From positions 1 through 55,490 of the forward strand of contig DAHUZG010000142.1 of assembly GCA_027306715.1 (NCBI GenBank): a stretch of DNA of 55,490 bases, given 5' to 3'. This stretch comes from Acidimicrobiaceae bacterium (GTDB lineage: Bacteria > Actinomycetota > Acidimicrobiia > Acidimicrobiales > Bog-793). The first letter of the stretch is position 1. Each line of letters begins with the position of its first letter. Below are positions 1 to 9,145 of the stretch, in pieces. The translations under genes and the position numbers were made by a program. The notes under the pieces were generated by a model. The model saw only the letters and a list, made by a program, of their open reading frames with translations. It was not told the DNA's origin and ran no database searches.

Positions 1-19
1 GCTCGCCGCCGTCGGTACC

Positions 20-1144
20 GTGGCGGGGATGCAGGCATCTCCCTCGGCGCGGACGAGCCGGGGCTCCCGGCGCCGCGCCCGCCGTGGCGCGCTCGCGCTG
101 CTCGGCGGCGTCGCCGCCATCTCCGCGGCGACCGCTGGCCCCGCGGCGGGCGGAGCCGGCACGACGAGCACCTCCGTGCCCGGCGCCGGCCGGGCGGCGC
201 TCGGCTCGGTACAGCTGCCCCGCGACGCCGCTCCGCACCACGATCCGGTCGAGTGGTGGTACTTCAGCGGTCATCTGAGCGGGCACGGGCCGTCCGGCAA
301 GGCCGTCCAGCTCGGGTACGAGTACGTCACCTTCCAGTTCACAGGCGTCGGGCCGAAGCCGGTCTATGTCGCCAACCTGGCGGTGACCGACCTCGGCCGC
401 GGCAGCTTCCGCTACGGGGCGACCGAGGGCAGCTACTCCCTGCCCGCCAGCCCCGGCCGCTTCGCCCTCCACACCGGCGCCTGGTCGATGAGCGGCGGCG
501 GTGCCACCGACTCACTCCGTGCCGCCATCCCCGGCTACGGCATCGACCTGCAGCTGCGCTCGACCGAGCCTCCGGTGCTCGAGGGCGCGCACGGCGTCGT
601 CGACCTCGGCCCGCTCGGGAGGTCGTACTACTACTCGTGGACCTCGCTCGCCACCACCGGGACCGTCGAGGACCAGGGCACCAAGCTGAGCATGGTCGGC
701 ACCTCGTGGATGGACCACGAATGGGGCTCGATCGACGTCTTCGGCGGCTACGGCTGGGACTGGTTCAGCATCCAGCTCTCCGACCATCAGCAGTACATGC
801 TCTACTTCATCCGCGACAAGGCCGGGAAGATCGTGCAGAGCCTCGCCACCCACGCCGGCGCCTCGGGCAGCTCGGTGCTCGCTGCGGGCTCGTTCGGCGA
901 GCGGGCCACCGGCAGCTGGAAGAGCCCGACGACGCACATCACCTACGGGTCGGGGTGGAAGCTCACCGTGCCGGGGGGCGAGCTCACCGTCGTCCCCGAC
1001 CTCGTCGATCAGGAGCTCGACCTGCGCTCGGCGCAGGGCAACGTCTACTGGGAAGGCGACTGCACGATCTCCGGCACGGTCGGCAAGAAACGGGTGACCG
1101 GGCTCGGCTACACCGAGCTGAACCCTCCCGGCCAGGCGCTCTGA
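20..1144 (+). CDS. secreted lipocalin-like / AttH (CrtC-type hydratase-like) domain protein
   Basis: 374-aa ORF. The N-terminus is Arg-rich and signal-like (SRGSRRRARRGALALLGG..AAISAATA). The DPVEWWYFSGHL block is typical of AttH/hydroxyneurosporene-synthase-like lipocalin domains. Confidence 0.7.
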   Translation: MAGMQASPSARTSRGSRRRARRGALALLGGVAAISAATAGPAAGGAGTTSTSVPGAGRAALGSVQLPRDAAPHHDPVEWWYFSGHLSGHGPSGKAVQLGYEYVTFQFTGVGPKPVYVANLAVTDLGRGSFRYGATEGSYSLPASPGRFALHTGAWSMSGGGATDSLRAAIPGYGIDLQLRSTEPPVLEGAHGVVDLGPLGRSYYYSWTSLATTGTVEDQGTKLSMVGTSWMDHEWGSIDVFGGYGWDWFSIQLSDHQQYMLYFIRDKAGKIVQSLATHAGASGSSVLAAGSFGERATGSWKSPTTHITYGSGWKLTVPGGELTVVPDLVDQELDLRSAQGNVYWEGDCTISGTVGKKRVTGLGYTELNPPGQAL

Positions 1145-1146
1145 GC

Positions 1147-1174
1147 CCACGCCCGGCGGGGAGACCGGGCGTGG
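1147..1174. terminator. bidirectional stem-loop between convergent genes
   Basis: Perfect 10-bp inverted repeat CCACGCCCGG-N8-CCGGGCGTGG, lying between the stop at 1144 (+) and the stop at 1196 (-). No clear U-tract. Confidence 0.5.
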
Positions 1175-1195
1175 CGTCCTGGTGGGCGCCGAACC

Positions 1196-1957
1196 TCAGC
1201 TCAGGTACGCCCGGCGCACCTCGGTGTCGGCGGCGATCTCGTCGTAGGTACCCTGGGCGATGACCTGACCGGCCGCCATCACGACCACCCGGTCGCAGAG
1301 CGCGGCGACGACCTCGAGGGCGTGCTCCACGATGAGGATGCCGGTGCCCTGCGCGGCGACCGAGCGGAGCTGGTTCAACAGCCGCGGCACGAGCGACGGG
1401 GCGACGCCGACCATCGGCTCGTCGAGGACCAGCATCTGCGGCTCCTTGATGAGCGCCAGGGTCAGGTCGACGAACCTGCGCTGGCCACCGCTCAGCTCGC
1501 GCCCGAACAGGTCGGCGATGTGGTCGAGGCCCGCCTGGTCGAGCATCCGCCAGGCTCGTTCGCCTGCCTGCTCCTCCTCGAGGCGACGGCCCCGCCCGAT
1601 GATGGTCTGCCAGAGCGACGCACCCGAGGCGCCGCGGACGGCGGTGACCAGGCCCTCGTAGACGGTGAGGCCCTCGAACACCTTGGCGGTCTGGAACGTC
1701 CGGCCGAGCCCGAGGCGCGAGCGCCGGTAGGCCGCCAGCCTTGTCACGTCGCGGCCGTTCAGCACCACGGTTCCGCCGGAGGCTGGGACGTCTCCGGAGA
1801 TGGCGTTCAGCGCCGATGACTTGCCGGCGCCGTTGGGGCCGATGAGGCCGACGATCTCGCCTCGTCCGACGTGAAGGGTGATCCCGCCGACGGCGCGCAC
1901 GCCGCCGTAGTCGACGGTGAGGTCGCGCACCGCTAGCAGGGCGGGCTGCGCCGTCAT
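1196..1957 (-). CDS. branched-chain-amino-acid-type ABC transporter ATP-binding protein (LivG-like)
   Basis: Walker A GPNGAGKSS, LSGGQRR signature, Walker B LVLDEP and LGLGRTFQ are present. The ATG at 1957 is preferred. An alternative TTG at 2038 would overlap the upstream permease stop. Confidence 0.85.
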   Translation of the reverse strand: MTAQPALLAVRDLTVDYGGVRAVGGITLHVGRGEIVGLIGPNGAGKSSALNAISGDVPASGGTVVLNGRDVTRLAAYRRSRLGLGRTFQTAKVFEGLTVYEGLVTAVRGASGASLWQTIIGRGRRLEEEQAGERAWRMLDQAGLDHIADLFGRELSGGQRRFVDLTLALIKEPQMLVLDEPMVGVAPSLVPRLLNQLRSVAAQGTGILIVEHALEVVAALCDRVVVMAAGQVIAQGTYDEIAADTEVRRAYLS

Positions 1958-2030
1958 CGAGGACGGGCGGTCGATGCTCGGCGCGAGCACGGTCGTGGCG
2001 GACGGGCTCGGCTCGCTGGAAGCAGGGTCC

Positions 2031-3035
2031 TCAGGCAACGCTGCCCTGCTTGGCGATCGGAGGCATCACCGGTGCCTGCTCTCTGGCGCGTGTGCGCCTG
2101 GCGATGAAGCGGCCTTCCGGCAGGATGCCGGCAGGCCGTAGGTAGAAGGTCGTCAGCCAGAGCGCGGCGATCACCAGCCACTCGAGGTTGGCGCTCAGTC
2201 CCGGGTAGCCGAATTCCGGTAGGAACGACGGCATCGTGCCGAACACGACGGGGACGAGGAAGGCGCCGATGATGGCCCCCCGGTTGTTGGCGCGGCCACC
2301 GACGTAGACCGAGACGAAGACGACGAAGGACTCGACGAAGCTCCAGGCGTCCGGCGACCAGGTGCCGAGGAACTCGACGAGCAGCGCCCCGCTGAACCCG
2401 GCGATCGCCCCGCCGATGACGAAGACGACGATTCGCAGCGCCTGGACGTTGATCCCGACGTGGCTGGCGAGGATGTCGTCCTCGCGCATCGCCCGTAGCG
2501 CCCGGCCCCACGACGAGCGGCAGATCCACTCGAGCCCGAAGTAGACGATGATGCAGAGGGCAAAGCTGAAGGCGACGAAGAACCACTGGTAGTTGTTGTA
2601 CGAGAGGTGCATCACGCCGTTGAAGGGCTGCGGGACGTTGGACAGCCCGTTGGCGCCGTTGAACAACGCGGTGTTGGTGCTCACGACCTCGGCGGCGATG
2701 ATCGCCACGACGAGCATGATGATCGCCTGGAAGTCCGGGCGGATCCGCCGGGTGAGGATGATCAGGCCGAGGAGGAGCGCCAACGCCGCTCCGGCGAGGG
2801 TGCCCATGATGAGCGGCAGGGGGAAGCCGAGCCGTGCGCCGAAGATGTAGGTCTGGAAGCCCCCCGACGTCGGCGACCCGAGCGCCGTCGTGGCGGCGAC
2901 GTAGGCGCCGATCGACTGGAAGACGATCCAGCCGAAGTTGATGATCCCGGCGTAGCCGTACTGGAGGTTGAGCGACCACGCCGAGAGGGTGTAGATCGCC
3001 AGGTACACGAGCGAGATCGAGACGAAAGCGCTCAC
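2031..3035 (-). CDS. branched-chain-amino-acid-type ABC transporter permease (LivM-like)
   Basis: 334-aa polytopic hydrophobic ORF inside a liv-type operon, with Gly/Ala-rich TM segments. Confidence 0.85.
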   Translation of the reverse strand: MSAFVSISLVYLAIYTLSAWSLNLQYGYAGIINFGWIVFQSIGAYVAATTALGSPTSGGFQTYIFGARLGFPLPLIMGTLAGAALALLLGLIILTRRIRPDFQAIIMLVVAIIAAEVVSTNTALFNGANGLSNVPQPFNGVMHLSYNNYQWFFVAFSFALCIIVYFGLEWICRSSWGRALRAMREDDILASHVGINVQALRIVVFVIGGAIAGFSGALLVEFLGTWSPDAWSFVESFVVFVSVYVGGRANNRGAIIGAFLVPVVFGTMPSFLPEFGYPGLSANLEWLVIAALWLTTFYLRPAGILPEGRFIARRTRAREQAPVMPPIAKQGSVA

Positions 3036-3102
3036 GTTCTCATCCTTCCCTGTCGGCCGCGGCCGGTGCTGGAGCCGGCGGTGCGGGAGCGTGCGCCATC
3101 GC

Positions 3103-3993
3103 CTAGACCGTGATCTGGACCCGGTCGGCGACGAGGCCGCCCTGCACCGACTTCGGTCTGGCGAGCAGCACGACCGCCAGCACCCCGTAGGCGACGGCGG
3201 AGGCGTAGCCGGAGGCCCCGGCGGCGCTGACGAGCTGGGTGGCGATGCCGAGCAGGAGGGCCGCCAGGGCGGCGCCGCGCACCGATCCGGCGGTTCCCAT
3301 CAGGGCAGCGACGATGACGAGCGAGAGCAGCGAGTCGCCGGTGAAGGCGTTCACCGTGAGGATGTCGATCGTGAACACCCCACCGGCCAGTCCGCAGAGG
3401 AAGCCGCTGAGCAGCCAGGCGATGGTGACGATGCGCCCGGTGGCGATTCCCGAGGCGCGGGCGAGGTCCGGGTCGACAGCGGTCGCCCGCAGCGCCGTGC
3501 CGACCTTGGTCAGCCGCAGGAACCCGTCGAGGAGGATGAACACCACCACGGCGAGGATGACGAGCGCCAGCTGGACGTCGGTGAAGCGGATCGGGCCGAG
3601 GGCGTGGGTGTGCTCGATGGCGATGGTGAGGCTGAAGGTGTTGTTCTCGGTGATCGAGGCGATGGCGTACTCGACGATGAGGGCGATGCCGAAGGTGACC
3701 ATCGCCATCTCGAACAGTGCCGCGCCCCGCTTGGCGTAGACCCGCAGCAAGGTCTTCGCCGAGAGCAGCGTGAGGCCGCTCGTGGCGATCCCGCCGCAGA
3801 TGAGCGCCAGCCAGATCGACATGCCCGTCAGGTGGGCGGCGTAGGCGACGATGGCACCGAAGCTCATGGTCGCCCCGTACCCGACGTTCAAGACGTTGGT
3901 GAGGCCGAACTGGAGCGTGAAGCCCATCGCCCCGAGGGCGATGCTCGAGGCCGCGATCACCCCGAAGCCGATCGCCTCTATGTACAGGTTCAC
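3103..3993 (-). CDS. branched-chain-amino-acid-type ABC transporter permease (LivH-like)
   Basis: Polytopic ORF. The GTG at 3993 gives VNLYIEAIGFGV.., a typical LivH N-terminus. The longer ORF to 4083 would overlap the upstream ATPase. Confidence 0.85.
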   Translation of the reverse strand: MNLYIEAIGFGVIAASSIALGAMGFTLQFGLTNVLNVGYGATMSFGAIVAYAAHLTGMSIWLALICGGIATSGLTLLSAKTLLRVYAKRGAALFEMAMVTFGIALIVEYAIASITENNTFSLTIAIEHTHALGPIRFTDVQLALVILAVVVFILLDGFLRLTKVGTALRATAVDPDLARASGIATGRIVTIAWLLSGFLCGLAGGVFTIDILTVNAFTGDSLLSLVIVAALMGTAGSVRGAALAALLLGIATQLVSAAGASGYASAVAYGVLAVVLLARPKSVQGGLVADRVQITV

Positions 3994-4030
3994 CGGAGCT
4001 ACCCCCTGCCCGGTCGCGGTGAGCGGGCGC

Positions 4031-4831
4031 TCATGCGAGCCCCCTGGTGGCAGCCTCCGGGCCGCCGTGAAGGGGGGCCGCACCGCCCGAGAAGAACAAG
4101 CTGGAGAGGTCCTCGGTCTCCTGGAGCTGGGCGGCGTGCCCGTCGAGGCGCATCTGGCCCTGAACGAGGACGTAGCCGTAGGTGGCGACCTGCAGCGCCA
4201 GCTCGACCCGCTGCTCGATCATCAGCACGGCCTGGCCGGCGCCGGCGAGGCTGGCGACGATCTCCTCGAGCACCTTGGCGGCGATGAGCGGGGCGAGGTT
4301 CGACGTCGGCTCGTCGAGGATCAGCACGCTCGGCTTGGCCATCAGCGCCCGGGCGATGGCGAGCATCTTCCGCTCCCCCCCGCTCAGTGTCCCGGCGCGG
4401 CGCCTGCGCAGCCGGTCGAGCGCCGGGAAGTCACCGATGACCTGCTCGGCGCGCTCCTTGATCCCGCTGCGCGCCAGCAGGTAGCCGCCCATGGTGAGGT
4501 TCTCCCACACGCTGAGGGTCGGGAAGACGTCCCGGATCTGGGGCACGTAGCCGAGCCCCTGGCGGACGCGGATCTGCGCCGGCGTGCGGCTGATGTCCGA
4601 GCCGTTCAGGTCGAGGGTCCCCGAGAGCAGCGGCAGCTGCCCGATGATCCCCTTGACGAGGGTGCTCTTGCCGGCGCCGTTCGGCCCGAGCAGCACCACG
4701 GTCTCTCCCGGCCCGACCTGCAGGCTCGCCTCGTGGACGACGCGCAAAGACGCGTAACCGAAGCTCACCTCTGCCGCCCGCAGGCACGGCTCGGGCCTCA
4801 GCATCGAGGCCGGTTCGGTTGTCGTTGCCAT
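4031..4831 (-). CDS. branched-chain-amino-acid-type ABC transporter ATP-binding protein (LivF-like)
   Basis: GPNGAGKST Walker A, LSGGERKML signature, ILDEPT Walker B and a GLGYVPQ block. Confidence 0.85.
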   Translation of the reverse strand: MATTTEPASMLRPEPCLRAAEVSFGYASLRVVHEASLQVGPGETVVLLGPNGAGKSTLVKGIIGQLPLLSGTLDLNGSDISRTPAQIRVRQGLGYVPQIRDVFPTLSVWENLTMGGYLLARSGIKERAEQVIGDFPALDRLRRRRAGTLSGGERKMLAIARALMAKPSVLILDEPTSNLAPLIAAKVLEEIVASLAGAGQAVLMIEQRVELALQVATYGYVLVQGQMRLDGHAAQLQETEDLSSLFFSGGAAPLHGGPEAATRGLA

Positions 4832-4946
4832 GACAGGATGCGCTCCAGGAACTTCGATCTGCCGCCACGAACTCAGCCGGCGGTGGGCGGACGACGGACC
4901 GGCTGGCTGGCCAGGACGGCCAGCCAGCCGGTCGGGTGGAGAGGTG

Positions 4947-6272
4947 CTAGCCGGCGGCTTCCATCGCGCTCGCCGTGATCACCTTCAAGGTGACGGTGTT
5001 GGTGGGGTCGGCGGTCGGGAAGCCCGAGGCCACCTGGTTGCCGTACGAGTTGTGGTACTGGTTGAACTTGATCACCCCGGAGGCTCCGACGTACTCGATC
5101 TTCTTGCCGGCCTTCAGCTCCTTCACGCCCTGGGCGTAGGTGTAGACCTTCACCTTGCCCGGGCCCGGCTCGGTCACCGCCGGGATGTAGGAGTTGTAGA
5201 CCGCCGGGCTGACGTTGTTCGCCGCCGTCGCCGCCAGTGCCTGGATGATGACGCCGTCGTAGTCGGCCATCGCGTACGGCTCGCTGTACCACTGCTTGGC
5301 GGGCTTGACGATGCCCGAGGCGTGGTTGAGCGCCGTCACCCACTCCCGGTTCGCCGCCGTCGGCTTCGGGGACTCGGCCGTCACGCCGCTGTAGATCTTG
5401 GCGAAGTTGGGCTTGCCGATCGCTGTCGCCACGGCGCTCATCCACTGCGTCTCGATCGTCGCCCCGTCACCGATGATGTTCGGCACCGTGCCGAGCTGGG
5501 CGACGTCGCCGAAGAAGGTGCCGGCGGTGGTGGCATCCTCCTCCGTGAAGATCACCTGCGGCTTGGCGCTGAGCAGCGCCGCCGCGTCCGTCTGGTAGGA
5601 CGGCTGGTCCGGGGTGATGTTCAGCGTGCTGACGACGTTCATGTGGAAGTGCTTGATGCCGGCGAGGACGCCGGGAACCACCGTCTGGGCGGTCGTGTCG
5701 CTCCCGAAGACGAGCGCCACGTTCTTGTAGCCGCGGTCGTGGGCCCACACGACCATCGCCAGCCCGTTGGTGGGGTCGGGCGGGATCAACCGCCAGAACC
5801 ACTTCATGGACGTGTGGTCGAACGCCGACGAGCCGACGTCGGAGGTGACGGTGATCTTGTGCCGGTTGTACAGCGGGATCAGCTGGTTGGCCGTCGCTCC
5901 GTCGGGGCCGCAGATGCCGAGGATGTTCGAGGTGGTGCCGAGGAAGCGCTCGACGAGCGGGAGGGCGTCGGCGGGGTCGCCTCGGGTGTCGACGGTCTTC
6001 ACCACGACCTGGTGGCCGTCGACGCCGCCGGCCTTGTTGATCGCCCAGACTGCCGGGTACGTACCCGTGTCGAGCACACCGCCGATGAACGCCTCGGGAC
6101 CGGTGAATGCCGTGATGACGGCCTCGGTCACCGGTGCGCCGGAGAACCCGTGATGGGTCGCCGCACCGGCGAGCGTGCCGGGCAGCACGGCTGCGGCCGT
6201 GCCGGCGGCTAGAGCGCCGGCAGCGACTGCTTGCCAGCGACGGACCTGACGAGTTCCGGACATGAGCATCCC
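4947..6272 (-). CDS. ABC transporter substrate-binding protein (type-1 periplasmic binding fold, Liv family)
   Basis: The start is taken at MLMSGTRQVRRWQAVAAGALAAGTAAAVL, a signal peptide. It is the first gene of the liv-type operon. The ORF extension to 6392 lacks coding features. Confidence 0.8.
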   Translation of the reverse strand, partial: GMLMSGTRQVRRWQAVAAGALAAGTAAAVLPGTLAGAATHHGFSGAPVTEAVITAFTGPEAFIGGVLDTGTYPAVWAINKAGGVDGHQVVVKTVDTRGDPADALPLVERFLGTTSNILGICGPDGATANQLIPLYNRHKITVTSDVGSSAFDHTSMKWFWRLIPPDPTNGLAMVVWAHDRGYKNVALVFGSDTTAQTVVPGVLAGIKHFHMNVVSTLNITPDQPSYQTDAAALLSAKPQVIFTEEDATTAGTFFGDVAQLGTVPNIIGDGATIETQWMSAVATAIGKPNFAKIYSGVTAESPKPTAANREWVTALNHASGIVKPAKQWYSEPYAMADYDGVIIQALAATAANNVSPAVYNSYIPAVTEPGPGKVKVYTYAQGVKELKAGKKIEYVGASGVIKFNQYHNSYGNQVASGFPTADPTNTVTLKVITASAMEAAG

Positions 6273-6552
6273 CCGATCTGGCTGTCCCGGTCTCGACCTC
6301 GAGCCGGCGACAGCTCCACTTCCCCAACCTGCTTCGAGATCAGCCGAGCTGCGCCGATCTCGCCGGAGGAGGACAGCCGACCTCGACGTCACCCCCCCGT
6401 CTAACCACAGTAGTGAACTGCCTACCGCGGGGTCACACTACCGCCCCGAGCCGCCGTTGGCAAGGCGCGACGTCACCAGCAGGCCGCTTTGCAGGGTCTC
6501 GGGCGAGGTCTCCGTCCCTGCCGTGCAAGCAGTCGGCGTCCCGGCACGGTCC

Positions 6553-6585
6553 GTGACGTCATCGTCACTACCTACTCAGGTGACG
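6553..6585. promoter_or_regulatory. candidate operator: GTGACG-N4-CGTCAC plus a third GTGACG
   Basis: The sequence cGTGACGtcatCGTCACtacctactcagGTGACGtgt sits in an AT-richer patch of the divergent intergenic region between the liv operon and the SnoaL-like gene. Confidence 0.3.
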
Positions 6586-6686
6586 TGTATCTGTCGCCTG
6601 CGGGGGGCGCCCTTATCGACACCGTCGATGGGAGCCATCACGAGCCTGTCTCTTGGCGCCAGCGCTGGTGTTCCCTACGCTCCCCG

Positions 6687-6723
6687 CAGCCGAGCAAAGG
6701 CCAGCCGAGCAAAGGCCAGCCGG
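6687..6723. repeat. 15-bp tandem duplication (cagccgagcaaaggc x2 plus a partial third)
   Basis: Read directly; intergenic, upstream of the SnoaL-like gene. Confidence 0.8.
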
Positions 6724-6802
6724 GGGAGGGGGGAGCCGTGACAACCGAGGCTCGACGAGCGTGGCGCTCAGGGAGCGCCGATCGGCCCCCGCGAGCTCGG
6801 CG

Positions 6803-7258
6803 ATGACCCCGGCCATGCGGCCGCCGGCGCCCGACGAGCAGCTTGGGTGGCTGGTGGACCGGGCCCAGATCAGCGACCTGCTCTACCGCTTCGCGCGTGC
6901 GCTCGACGAGAAGGACTTCGAGGGCTATGCCGGGCTCTACGCCGAGGACGGCGAGCTCGTGCTTCCCTGGGGAGGCCATCGCGGCCGCGCCGGGCTTGCC
7001 GAGCACGTCCGTGGCGACCTCGGGGGTTTCGGCGCCACCCATCACATCAGCAGCAACCACCTCATCGAGGTCGACGGAGACAGCGCCGCCTCCCGCTCGT
7101 ACCTGCAGGCCGTCCACGTGCTCGACGCCGCCGACCGCCGTACCCACTGGGACGTCGGCGGCTGGTACGACTGCAGCTACCGACGCACCGCCGAGGGGTG
7201 GCGCTTCACCCGGGTGGCGATCACCGACGTCTGGCACGGCGGTGTCGAGCGTGACTGA
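6803..7258 (+). CDS. SnoaL-like / NTF2-fold protein
   Basis: ATG at 6803. DRAQISDLLYRFARALDEKDFEGYAGLYAEDGEL is typical of SnoaL_4-type NTF2-like proteins (about 151 aa). Confidence 0.7.
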   Translation: MTPAMRPPAPDEQLGWLVDRAQISDLLYRFARALDEKDFEGYAGLYAEDGELVLPWGGHRGRAGLAEHVRGDLGGFGATHHISSNHLIEVDGDSAASRSYLQAVHVLDAADRRTHWDVGGWYDCSYRRTAEGWRFTRVAITDVWHGGVERD

Positions 7259-7358
7259 ACCCCGGCCTGCCGTCAGCACCGCCACGGCTGCTGCCGGCGA
7301 CGCCTGCTCGGCGGGCACGACGAGCAGGAGCGACCGTCCGAACGCCCCGATCCAGCGG

Positions 7359-8150
7359 ATGCCGCTCGGCTACGGAGCCGGGGTCGGGCCGCGCCACAAC
7401 CCCGTCGGACCGCCGTTCTCGACCGACGCCGTCGAGACGCTGACGCTCTCGGTGACCGCTCGCTGTGACCGCCGCGCCTTGCAACGGATCGTCCCTGACG
7501 GCGTGACCGTCACCGGCGACCAGGTCAGCGCCGAGGCGGCGCGGCTGCGGAACATCCCCTGGCTGGCGGGCCGCGGCTACAACATCGTCAGCGTCGTCAT
7601 CCCGGCTCGAGTCAGCGGCGAGCACGAGACCGTCGACGGGGGATACGTCTCGGTGCTGTGGGAGTCCCGGCCGGAGCCGATCCTCACCGGCCGCGAGGAC
7701 CTCGGGTTCGCCAAGATCTACGCCGAGATCGCCGACCTCGACGAGGCGCAGAGCGGGCGTGCCGGAACGGCGGCGGGCTGGGACGGCTTCCCGTTCTTCT
7801 CCATCTCGGCCTGGGACCTCGTCGAGACCGCAGTCGGGGGCGCCGGCCCGGCGCCGGCCGCGAAACCGCCGCGCCTTCACTGGAGGTACTTCCCGGCGAC
7901 CGGGAGCTGGGGGAGGGACGAGGTCAGCTACCCCGTCGTCACCCCTGCCGGCGACCCCGACCGGCGGCTGCTCGCCGCCTGGAGCGGCTCGGGTGAGTTC
8001 GGCTTCCGCGAGGCGAGCTTCGAGCAGCTGCCGACGATGTTCCACATCGTCGACGCCCTCGCCGCACTCCCTCTCGACGGATTCGCCGGCGCCTCGATGA
8101 CGCTCACCCGCGGCGGAAAGGACCTCTCCGACCAGCGCCGGGTGCGCTAG
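7359..8150 (+). CDS. acetoacetate decarboxylase (ADC) family protein
   Basis: In-frame ATG at 7359 (MPLGYGAGVGPRHNPVGPPFS..). The ..NIPWLAGRGYNIVSVVIPA..GYVSVLWESRPEPILTGREDLGFAKIYAEI.. region resembles the ADC family. The upstream part of the 435-aa ORF overlaps the SnoaL gene out of frame. Confidence 0.65.
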   Translation: MPLGYGAGVGPRHNPVGPPFSTDAVETLTLSVTARCDRRALQRIVPDGVTVTGDQVSAEAARLRNIPWLAGRGYNIVSVVIPARVSGEHETVDGGYVSVLWESRPEPILTGREDLGFAKIYAEIADLDEAQSGRAGTAAGWDGFPFFSISAWDLVETAVGGAGPAPAAKPPRLHWRYFPATGSWGRDEVSYPVVTPAGDPDRRLLAAWSGSGEFGFREASFEQLPTMFHIVDALAALPLDGFAGASMTLTRGGKDLSDQRRVR

Positions 8151-8152
8151 CG

Positions 8153-9112
8153 ATGAGCGCCTTCGCCGGGGAGGAGGAACTGGCCGCGGCTGTCGCCGCC
8201 AGCTCGAGCTGGGGTCGCTGGGGCGACGCCGACGAGCTCGGTGCGCTCAACCTCGTCGGGCGCGAGCAGGTGCTTGCCGCAGCAGCCGAGGTGCGTGCCG
8301 GCGAGGTGGTCGGTCTCGGGCTGCCACTCGACTCCGGGGGCCCGCAGCGCGGCGGCCGCCGCCGCAACCCGGAGCTGCTCATGCTCCTCACCGGCACCGA
8401 CCACCTCGCCGGGAGGCAGAGCTCGAGCTCCGGCGCCGCGCTGCCACCCGAGTTCGGCGCCGGTGACGACGTCCTCGTGACCGCCAACCAGGCCGGCACC
8501 CATGTCGACGCCCTGGCCCACATCTTCTGGCGCGGCCAGATGTACAACGGCTACTCCGCCGCCGAGGTCGACGCCACCGGGGCCCACCGCTGCGCGGTGC
8601 AGACGCTGCGAGAGCGGATGGTGCTGCGCGGCGTCCTCGCCGACGTGGCGGCCCATCTCGGCGGCGAGCCCCTCGCGCCGGGCTTCGGCATCGGCCCGGA
8701 GCTGCTCGACGAGGTGCTCGCCGCCGAGGGCGCCGAGCTCCGGCCCGGTGACGCGCTGCTCGTCCGCACCGGCTTCCTCGGTTCCCGCCGTCGGGAATGG
8801 GGGGACTACTCCGGCGGCGACGCGCCCGGCCTGCGCCTCGCCTGCGGCCCTTGGCTGCGCCGCCACGACGTCGCCTTCCTCGCCTCCGACACCTGGGGGG
8901 TCGAGGTGCGGCCGAACGAGATCGAGATGTTCCAGCCGCTGCACGTCGCCTCGCTCGTCCACGGGGGGATCTGCTTCGGCGAGAACTTCGTCCTCGACCA
9001 CCTCGGCGAACGCGCCGCGGAGCTCAGGCGCTGGTCGTTCCTGCTCGTGATCGCCCCCCTCCCGATAACCGGGGCGTGCGGCTCGCCGGTCAACCCGCTG
9101 GCGATCCTGTAG
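8153..9112 (+). CDS. cyclase family protein (kynurenine-formamidase-like fold)
   Basis: WGDADELGALNL and the QAGTHVDALAHIF (HxGTHxDxxxH-type) motif. The ATG lies 2 nt after the preceding stop. Confidence 0.75.
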   Translation: MSAFAGEEELAAAVAASSSWGRWGDADELGALNLVGREQVLAAAAEVRAGEVVGLGLPLDSGGPQRGGRRRNPELLMLLTGTDHLAGRQSSSSGAALPPEFGAGDDVLVTANQAGTHVDALAHIFWRGQMYNGYSAAEVDATGAHRCAVQTLRERMVLRGVLADVAAHLGGEPLAPGFGIGPELLDEVLAAEGAELRPGDALLVRTGFLGSRRREWGDYSGGDAPGLRLACGPWLRRHDVAFLASDTWGVEVRPNEIEMFQPLHVASLVHGGICFGENFVLDHLGERAAELRRWSFLLVIAPLPITGACGSPVNPLAIL

Positions 9113-9145
9113 ACCGCTGCGCAGGCTCGAGGCAGCCGGTGGTCG

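Noticed and set aside
4830-6212. 460-aa plus-strand ORF antisense to the ABC substrate-binding protein. Similar long antisense ORFs occur at 3091-4287, 14399-15391, 15511-16377, 16778-17908, 35785-37386, 37362-38525 and 46903-48687.
   Set aside because: These show low-complexity Arg/Gly/Asp/His composition and no motif resemblance. Each lies exactly opposite a gene with clear family motifs.
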